Shown here: in pieces, positions 16,601 to 23,500 of the stretch | Layout: the number at the start of each line of letters is the position of its first letter | Position numbering within the stretch: the first letter of the stretch is position 1 | DNA from: a virus | Taxonomy: Duplodnaviria; Heunggongvirae; Uroviricota; Caudoviricetes | Reading direction: 5' to 3' (one strand) | Length of the DNA: 32,256 nt | IMG/VR virus record: IMGVR_UViG_3300028585_000002 | Coordinates: 79,337 to 111,592 of that record | The notes under the pieces: generated by a model | Told to the model about the DNA's origin: nothing | Databases searched by the model: none | Seen by the model: the letters and a program-made list of their open reading frames with translations, nothing else | Program-made: the position numbers and the translations under genes

Positions 16601-18147
16601 GCGGCAAGTGGCAGGCTGGCGATTACAGCAAGGACCACAGCGCCGATCCGAAAGACCGCCCGGACTGGAACGGTTCGAAGATGCAGAACCTGATCGAGGC
16701 GACCCAGAACGCCATGCTGTACGGCGAGCAGGTCAAGGCGATCCAGTATGCAAATGAGCGCGTGGCCGCCACCTCGCTCGAGGCGAACGCATCGCTGAAT
16801 CTGCTGGAGAAGGGCGGCGTGGCCAAGCAGACTGACGCCTTCAAGGCCCTGTCGAAGGAGCTGGCCCGCACCGAGGAACGCCTGGGCGCCGGCGTCGACG
16901 GCTTCAAGAAGTGGGACTTGGCCAAGTCCGAAGCCCTGTTCGGCCAGGCCCGCTCGGACACGAACTCGTTCGCCATGTCGTACCTGGACAAGAACCGCGA
17001 AGGCAACGCCGGCCTGCTGCCGACCGAGCGCGCGCGCCTGAAGGCCCAGCTCGACGCCCAGCGCCAGAACGAGGAAGCCCAGATCGCGATGCGTCAGGAC
17101 ACCCTGCGCAAGACGTACCAGATGAACCGGGACGCGCTGGTCGACGCCGACCTGGGGCCAGGCATCGAGACCGAGCAGAAGCGCCAGGAGAAGATCACCG
17201 CCCTGGATGCGCTGTACCAGCGCGAGCGCGACGAGACGGACAAGGTGTACAACGAGCGCCGCCGCGTCCGCAACGAGGAAGAAATCCGCCAGCTGGAATC
17301 GTCGGCCGACAAGCTGGCGCGCGAGTGGAAGGACACCTACAAGGCAGTCGACCAGGCCGGCGTGAACGCGATGGACAGCTTCACCTCGATGCTGACGAAC
17401 ACCCTCACCACCGGCAAGCTGGAGGTGGGCAACTTCGTCAAGGGCATCCTGACCGACATCGCCAACGCGAAGATCAAGGAAACCCTGGCCGACCCGCTCA
17501 AGCAGCTGGTCAACACCGGCACCGCATACCTGAACAAGAACCTGTTCGGTGGTGGCAGCGACGCCGTTGCGGCTGCCGACGCGGTGAAGAAGTCCCTGGC
17601 TGAGAACGCAGCGACCGCGGCGACCACCAGCATGAGCAGCACGATCCTGACGATGGTGATCCCGGCGCTGCAGCTGATGGCGCAGTCGGCCGCGCAAGCC
17701 AGCGGCAGCAGCCTGGGCGCCGGGATCGGCGGCATCTTCGGCGCCGGCGCATCGTCGGGCGCGGCGTCCGGCACGGTGTCGAACGTGCTGTTCGCCAACG
17801 GCGGCATCATGACCGACATGGGTCCGCTGGAGCTGCGCAAGTACGCCAAGGGCGGCATCGCAAACAGCCCGCAGGTGGCCATCTACGGCGAGGCCGGCCC
17901 AGAAGCCTACGTCCCGCTGCCAGACGGCCGCTCGATCCCGGTCACGATGAAGATGTCGGGCGGTGGCCAGGCCGCCGCGGCGCCGTCGGTCGCGGTCAAC
18001 GTGATCAACCAGACCAGCCAGTCCGTCAACGCCCAGCAGTCCGGCGGCATGCGCTTTGACGGCAAGCAGTATGTACTCGACGTGGTGCTCTCGGCTGCAA
18101 CCCAGCCTGGCGCCTTTCGCTCCTCGATGAAAGATGCACTGAAATGA
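13672..18147 (+). CDS. Tail tape measure protein
   Basis: 1491 aa, Ala-rich helical, follows the G/T chaperones; C-terminal FANGG...YAKGGI...IYGEAGPEAYVPL motifs typical of TMPs. Confidence 0.93.
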   Translation: MVGKEIKVTLSLDDSGFSIKTKVAGDGVRNLEKNLGGLTSQVNKTESALANASGSVKGFADGFGTLQKSLAASVATLTNTVAGSFNQLSTQSKQATKQIKDEATAAIDAKVRMLKAEIDTNRQLLQQRGKMHADMRKVESDANAKALALELEAEKLRRSKKAGSGLAAAGKDEEAARYRASAEAIKAQVAAVEQSINATRTEQATRNSLIASLEAERVATMASAQAKRQLASVSAAVAKSNNAEITRIRAMAAQRDAASAAQEKRSAEEMAKYKKQLADQEVRDARRAEAERTAAAREAAAERRRIAAEEARAARAEAKAIADMWKGMAQMYAGSKIRQGLNSSVDNADDSERARIMLQSLNLPKSEEQLLLNKSRQMSEDMRFLSTTDVVKSQMSAISSLGYNHADVIDDTLPTAMKAANNMELLGFGHGDMQSTLRNIYGVAEMRQQTNDSAAMLKTFDLLNKSLIGTAGKVTLADVETVLRRIGAGASTMSDKGLINMVGLADQFKVAGGDGGNGGGVSTVGTIVKMMQAYATGKGKSNEAVKEFAGAGILDEKGLDLTKDDGAIFKEAKRGSFKNADEWLKDPVKAMQDMIPQIVAHTRKEQNKNKFYQGRDDSEVSNQMLAVVQYLQRLGITQSASQAVVSVGAPAAAERLHHQADTISKADTVDETALRLQESFAGKMQEVSAQWTNFKTIVGDSVLPVLKTVLEYASKLVIEIRNFTQNNPLATTISTIIAAFGGVILSVQGFLSLFGSSGLMGAIRTFIGLAPAAGASAGLIGTALSGLGKAFKVVALLMLAWNVGTMIGGWVSTFELGGITIAQHVQNMFTKIETGYKKLLLSTEEWANKAKNFLRIDSDEETAKKQADIEARRKSLAEYERMMLITPEDNKPKPKKPLSKSTAPTIGEAKPINEDFAKRMANAAGAGKGARPERDPLLKALGEEQGRMNAAKTKLDALVAGGETLESLRQQAIDLVRGKWQAGDYSKDHSADPKDRPDWNGSKMQNLIEATQNAMLYGEQVKAIQYANERVAATSLEANASLNLLEKGGVAKQTDAFKALSKELARTEERLGAGVDGFKKWDLAKSEALFGQARSDTNSFAMSYLDKNREGNAGLLPTERARLKAQLDAQRQNEEAQIAMRQDTLRKTYQMNRDALVDADLGPGIETEQKRQEKITALDALYQRERDETDKVYNERRRVRNEEEIRQLESSADKLAREWKDTYKAVDQAGVNAMDSFTSMLTNTLTTGKLEVGNFVKGILTDIANAKIKETLADPLKQLVNTGTAYLNKNLFGGGSDAVAAADAVKKSLAENAATAATTSMSSTILTMVIPALQLMAQSAAQASGSSLGAGIGGIFGAGASSGAASGTVSNVLFANGGIMTDMGPLELRKYAKGGIANSPQVAIYGEAGPEAYVPLPDGRSIPVTMKMSGGGQAAAAPSVAVNVINQTSQSVNAQQSGGMRFDGKQYVLDVVLSAATQPGAFRSSMKDALK

Positions 18148-18503
18148 CGAACCCGGTTTTCCCCAAGATGGACAAGGAAATGGACTCCTCGCTCTACTCG
18201 GTAGAGCAGGAAGACAAGTCGCTCAAGACCAAGATGGAAGGCGGCTACGTCGTCTCGCGCGCCAAGCACACCCGCAAGCCGCGCAAGACCTGGCGGGTCG
18301 GCTACACGGCGTTGCTGGCGCCGGACAAGAAGCGGCTGATGGAATTTTACGACGTGGTCGACTGCAGCCTGATCTTCGACTGGACCGACCCGCCGACCCA
18401 AGAAGTGTATCAGGTGCGCTTTGCGGCCACCCCGAGCTACAACTACAAGGGCATGGGCCACACGCAACTGTGGGACGTGCAGCTCCAGCTGGAACAGGCG
18501 TGA
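18144..18503 (+). CDS. Distal tail protein (lambda gpM-like)
   Basis: 119 aa, ATGA overlap with TMP; MEGGY...FDWTDP...VRF...LEQ pattern. Confidence 0.78.
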   Translation: MTNPVFPKMDKEMDSSLYSVEQEDKSLKTKMEGGYVVSRAKHTRKPRKTWRVGYTALLAPDKKRLMEFYDVVDCSLIFDWTDPPTQEVYQVRFAATPSYNYKGMGHTQLWDVQLQLEQA

Positions 18504-18505
18504 AG

Positions 18506-18982
18506 CTATCTGCCTCTCTGGGCATCTTTGTGCGCACGAAAGACTCGATCGTATTGAGCGAGGCCATCTAAGGACCATCGCCGCGCTTCAATACCTTTGT
18601 TTTGCAGGAGAGCAGTGATGTCGTCCGCCAGCCTGTTAGCGATGTTCAGACCGTTGACAACATCCGGAAGCGAGAGATCAACCATGCTTGGGTACGCTGC
18701 GAAGATGTCAAATATTTCTTTTCCATAGATATTGCGGAATGACGCTAGTGCAGGGTGGATAACCTGCTCCTCTACCCATTTCATTTGATCAACTTCCCAG
18801 GCATGGAGCAGGTGATATGGAGCCACAACACCGGCGCCGAACAGGCTTTCTTCCCTATCCATCGGGTTGAGCGAGTGGCCTATCTTTACGAGATGGGTTG
18901 ACTCTTCCATCATTGCCATGTAGACGAACTGTCTGCCTACGCCCTCGTCGTACGGGCCAAATCCTGAAACCGGTAAGATCAT
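18506..18982 (-). CDS. GIY-YIG superfamily (T5orf172-like) protein; moron gene
   Basis: FVYMA...LVKIGHSLNPMDREESL...PYHLLHAWEV...E motif; AAGGGA RBS; lower GC and opposite strand to the flanking tail genes. Confidence 0.72.
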   Translation of the reverse strand: MILPVSGFGPYDEGVGRQFVYMAMMEESTHLVKIGHSLNPMDREESLFGAGVVAPYHLLHAWEVDQMKWVEEQVIHPALASFRNIYGKEIFDIFAAYPSMVDLSLPDVVNGLNIANRLADDITALLQNKGIEARRWSLDGLAQYDRVFRAHKDAQRGR

Positions 18983-18996
18983 AATTTCCCTTCTTG

Positions 18997-19440
18997 TTAA
19001 TTACCAACGAGCTTCAATATTTTTTCGCAGCTCACCTTGCTCTTTGCCAGTACCAGCGTTGAATCCGGATTGCTCGAATCCTTCAGCATGACGAAATCGT
19101 CAGCTTTTTTCTGCTGGACGAGGCTGGCTTTCATTTCCCGGAAGGCAAACAAAATCAGCTGCTCTGGCGTCTCTACGTCGTCAAAAGTTTCCGACAGCTT
19201 GAAGCAGGCGTTGGCCTTTGCACTAGCGATATACCATGTGTCGTCTTGAGGAACTTCCGGCGCTGGCGCCTCTGCAGCGGTCTCCATTGGTGCAGTGGGG
19301 CCAGCCAAAGCGGCAGACTGCGGCATCTGTGTATTGTCTGGCTCTAGATGGCCCGAGATAGGTGTGTCGGAGGCGTTTTTCGAACAGCCAGACAGCGTGA
19401 GGATGAGACATGCCAACAGGCTCGTTACAAGGATTTTCAT
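18997..19440 (-). CDS. Lipoprotein; moron gene
   Basis: Signal peptide MKILVTSLLACLILTLSG-C with lipobox LSGC, Pro/Ala linker, then a small domain with two Cys (ANACF...KVSCE). Confidence 0.8.
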   Translation of the reverse strand: MKILVTSLLACLILTLSGCSKNASDTPISGHLEPDNTQMPQSAALAGPTAPMETAAEAPAPEVPQDDTWYIASAKANACFKLSETFDDVETPEQLILFAFREMKASLVQQKKADDFVMLKDSSNPDSTLVLAKSKVSCEKILKLVGN

Positions 19441-19466
19441 GGTTTGGTTTTTGATAGTTGTTTGTC

Positions 19467-19495
19467 ATTTTACTTTTCAAATGGCAATAATGCCA
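19467..19495 (-). promoter_or_regulatory. Putative sigma70 promoter for the moron
   Basis: On the minus strand TGGCAT (19495-19490), 17 bp, TAAAAT (19472-19467); not overlapped by the 18-bp operator. Confidence 0.5.
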
Positions 19496-19534
19496 TCTCT
19501 TTGTAGAGCCAAATGGCGACAAGTTTCGCCACAA

Positions 19535-19563
19535 TTGATAAGTCATCGGTGACTGAGTATAAT
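19535..19563 (+). promoter_or_regulatory. Operator copy 8 plus near-consensus promoter for gpL-K-I/J
   Basis: TTGATA 19535-19540, 17 bp, TATAAT 19558-19563; operator TAAGTCATCGGTGACTGA 19539-19556. Confidence 0.85.
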
Positions 19564-19571
19564 TGCCTGCT

Positions 19572-20204
19572 ATGACTAAATCCCTCTCCGTAGCAAGCGT
19601 AATCGAGAAGAACCGGGTCTCCTCGGATACGCCCTGGCTGATCTGCCTGGACATCGACGTGATCGACCCGGACTCGATGAGCGTTGTCGAGACGATGCAT
19701 ATCGTCCGCAACACCGAGGCGATCACCTTCAACGGTCACGAATACGTCCCGTCCTCCTTCGACATCGAGCTGAAGGAGGAGTCGGGCACCCAGCAGTCGG
19801 TCAGCCTGTCGATCAACGACTACTCCCTGGCGGTCCAGCAGCGCATGCAGAAGTATGCCGGCGGGGTGGGGTTCACCGTGGCCATCATGGTCGTGAACGC
19901 CGACCAGCTCGACGCGCCGCCCGAGGTCATCGAGAACTTCGAAGTGGTGGGGGCGAACAGTGCCAACTATGTCTGCGCCTTCACACTCGGCGCCGAGAAC
20001 AACATCACCAAGACGTTCCCGCGCCGGCGCCAGACGAAGGACTACTGCCAGTGGCGCTACAAGGGACCGGACTGCGGCTATACCGGCTCGCTGACCAGCT
20101 GCGACCTGTCCCTGAACGGAGCCAACGGTTGCAAGGCCCACCAGAACGTCATCCACTTCGGCGCCTTCCCTGGCATCAACACGCGGGACGCGCGCTATGG
20201 CTGA
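19572..20204 (+). CDS. Tail tip protein L (lambda gpL-like, C-terminal four-Cys Fe-S motif)
   Basis: CQWRYKGPDCGY...CDLSLNGANGCKAH...FGAFPGI. ATG at 19572 (the track's TTG 19563 lies within the -10 box). Confidence 0.9.
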   Translation: MTKSLSVASVIEKNRVSSDTPWLICLDIDVIDPDSMSVVETMHIVRNTEAITFNGHEYVPSSFDIELKEESGTQQSVSLSINDYSLAVQQRMQKYAGGVGFTVAIMVVNADQLDAPPEVIENFEVVGANSANYVCAFTLGAENNITKTFPRRRQTKDYCQWRYKGPDCGYTGSLTSCDLSLNGANGCKAHQNVIHFGAFPGINTRDARYG

Positions 20205-20568
20205 TGTCTCCGACCTGATCGGCGTGCCGTTCACATACGGCGCGCGCGGGCCAGCCGCATACGACTGCTACGGCCTGGTGATGGAGTGCGCGCGCCGCGA
20301 TGGCGTGCAGCTGCCGGACTTCGGGGCCGACACCAATCAGGGTGTGATCGCCGCAATGATGGGCGCGACCCTACCGCAGTGGCGAGAAATCCCATGCCGT
20401 CCTGGCGCCGTGGTGCTGCTGCGTGTCGGCCGCCACGTCGCGCACGTCGGCTACGTACTCGACAGCAACAAGATGGCCCATACGTGGGAAAGCTCGGGCG
20501 GCGTGACCGTTCAGCGCCTGGACGACTGGAAGCAACGCATTGTGGGGTTCTACGAATATGCAGGATAA
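20197..20568 (+). CDS. NlpC/P60 tail tip protein (gpK-like, no JAB domain)
   Basis: LIGVPF...YDCYGLV catalytic Cys and HVGYV catalytic His; 123 aa. Confidence 0.9.
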   Translation: MADVSDLIGVPFTYGARGPAAYDCYGLVMECARRDGVQLPDFGADTNQGVIAAMMGATLPQWREIPCRPGAVVLLRVGRHVAHVGYVLDSNKMAHTWESSGGVTVQRLDDWKQRIVGFYEYAG

Positions 20569-23500
20569 GAAGCAGCAAAAGGCCGCGCGCCGCGGTCGCC
20601 CGATGATCCCGGTAATCCGGATCACCAACCCATTCAACCCGCGCGAATTCACGCGCGAAGAGATCGCCTGGCAGCGCAAGAAGACCTTGGGCGCATACTT
20701 CCCACTGGCCGAGGCGGCGCCGGTCGTGGTCTCGATCAACGGCAAAATCATCCCGAACGAGAAGTTCGGCGTCACCTACCTGGACAAGACCGACAACATC
20801 GTTGTCTGCCCGGTCCCGACCGGCGGCGGCGGCAAGCAGATCCTGTCGATCGTGGCCATGATCGCCGTTGCGGTGTTCGCGCCGTACGCGGCCGTGGCGA
20901 TGGGTAACGCTATGGGCGTGGCTGTGGGCACTGTCGGCTCGCTGACGATGGCGGGCGCTGCCATGACGGCCGGTGTCGTTGCGGCAGGCTCGCTCCTGGT
21001 CGGCTCGATTTTCGCGCCAGCCAAGCCCACGGTGTCAGCCGGCGACACCAGCACGTCCTACGGCGCCGACGGGGCCAAGAACACCTCCCTGGAGGGCATC
21101 CCGGTTGCGGTCAACTACGGCCAGTTCCGCCTGGCTGGCAACATCCTGGGCCTGTACACCGAGAACGTCGCGGATGACAACCAGATCCTCTACATGCTGC
21201 TCTCGGCCGGCGAAGGACCGATCGCGTCCATCTCCGACATCCAGATCAACGACAACCCGCTCGAGGACTACGGCACCGACGTTGAAATTGAGACCCGTCT
21301 GGGCGGCGCACCGCAGGCGACGATTCCGTGGTTCAACAAGGTCGTCGTGCCGCAGAGCAAAAACGCCAAGCTCGACACCGACTGGACGTACCACACGACC
21401 ACAACGCCAGTTGACATGCTGCGCCTGGACTTTGCCGCGCCTTCTGGACTGTTTAAGGCCGACACCAAGAGCGGCAAGACCAACAGCTATTCTGTCCCGC
21501 TGCAGGCCCAATACCGGCCGGCAGACGGGGTATCGGAATGGATTGAGTTCCTGTCCGACGATGTGATGAGCTATTCGCAGGCTCGCGCGCGCACTGAGAA
21601 TGGCAAGACGGTGTGGCGCGACGAGAATGACACTCAAATCGTTGACGAAAACGCACTGACCTACCTGAGCAACAACACGGCCGGCAACATCATCACCGGC
21701 TTCGGCGCGAGCCTGACGGTGCGCGTGCCGGTGTACTCGGGCGCCATGTCCATGACCGCGTCGAAGCGCTCCGCCGTGCGCCGCTCCTTCACGTCGACCA
21801 AGCTCGCCAGTAAGAAGTATGAGGTGCGCGTGCGTCGCACCACCGAGGATAGTACGGAAGACGTGATCGTTGACGACGTGTACCTCACGGACGTGAACGA
21901 GATCGTGGTGCAGGCCATGAGCTATCCGAACACGGCGCTGGTGGCATTGAAGATCAAACTGGGCAGCAAGATTTCCGGCGCGCCGGCCGTGACGTTCATG
22001 CATGGCGGCCGCCTGATCAAGGCCTACGGCGCGCAGACCTACGGCGCCGAGCCTGGCTGGTACACCGCAGCGTCGAAGAACCCGGCTTGGGTCGTCTGGG
22101 ACATGCTCACGCACCAGCGCTACGGCGGCGCCATGTCGACCTCGCGCCTGGACTTCCCGGCCTTCCAGGAATGGGCGGCTTACTGCGACGCACAGGGCTA
22201 CGAGTGGAATGGCCCGATCGACTCCGAAATGAACGTCTGGGACGCCACCCAGCTTGTGCTGCGCGTAGGTCACTCCCAGCTGGTCAACGTCGGCACGCGC
22301 TACACCATCGTCACCGAAAAGCCCGGCAACCCGGTCATGATGTTCTCAGTGGCGAACATGATCGAGGGCAGCTACAAGGAGACTTGGCTGGGCACGCAGG
22401 ACCGCGCCAACGAGATCGACGTGAGCTTCTTCGACCGGACGGACAATTACAAGCAGCGCACGCTGAAAGTCTACGATCCGGCCGCACTCACCGCCGGCGC
22501 CAAGCAGCGCACGTCGGCCATCACCCTCTACGGCGTGACCGACTACGAAACCGCCTACAAAGAAGGTCAGTTCCAGCTGAACCTGAACCGCCACATCCTG
22601 CGCACCGCCGAATTCTCGGCACCGCTCGAGGCGGTCGCTTGCTCGGTTGGTGATCTGATCTATGTCCAGCACGACATGACCGAATGGGCTGTCGGCGGCC
22701 GCTTCGCCTCCGGCTCGAGCGCGTCCGTCGCGCAGCTGGACCGCCCGATCAAAATGGAAGCAGGCAAGCAGTACAAGCTGCTGGCGACGTTCGACGCGAT
22801 CCAGCGCGCGGCAGGCTCGGTCCTGTCCGTTGTGGGCACCTCGCTGTTCCTGGGCGGGTTCCGGGGCGATGCGCCGGTCAAGCGGATCCAGATCAACGGG
22901 CGCGACCTGCGCGTGGCTGGCACGTTCGATCACGGCGGCGGTCACGGCGTCATCGTCGAGGACGCCACTGGCATCTCGCCTGGCCACACTTACACCCTCT
23001 GGGACACGGACGTGATCGAGGAATCGAACGTCGTCAATGAGCCAGGCGAGGGCACCACCGTTACGCTGCAGATGCCGCTGTCGTCGGCGCCGGTCCAGTT
23101 CTCCAACTGGATGTTCGGCGAGGTCGACAAGGTCAAGCAGGCCTTCCGCGTGCGCTCCGTCACCGGCACCCATGAGTACAAGCGCGACATCACCGCCATC
23201 GAGTACAAGCCAGAGGTCTACGATTTCTCGCGCTACGGCACGAACGTCCCGACGATCCCGGCCAAGGACGGCGTGATCGGCCCGGTGCGCAACCTGTCGC
23301 TGTACGAGGAGACTTACGTCACCGGCTCGACGGTAGTGTCCAGCGTCGTCGCATCCTGGTCGACGCCGTCCGCCGGCAACTATGCTGGCGCGTCGGTGTA
23401 CGTCCAGAAGAACGACGGGCCGATGGTCAAGCTGATCGACGCCAAGAACGTCTCCTCTGCGGTCATCCCGGCCGAGAAGGACGACGTGATCAAGGTGCAG

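Noticed and set aside
13651-17697. 1348-aa ORF on the minus strand, and other long antisense or alternate-frame ORFs (e.g. 3830-5587, 5355-7010, 22346-24214, 26672-28522, 29076-30710)
   Set aside because: They are shadows of strongly GC3-biased plus-strand genes: few stops arise in the antisense frame, the translations have no recognisable motifs and they fully overlap well-supported structural genes.
19481-19496. Sigma54 promoter (TGGCA...TTGC) upstream of the moron
   Set aside because: GG-to-GC spacing is 7 nt rather than the required 10.
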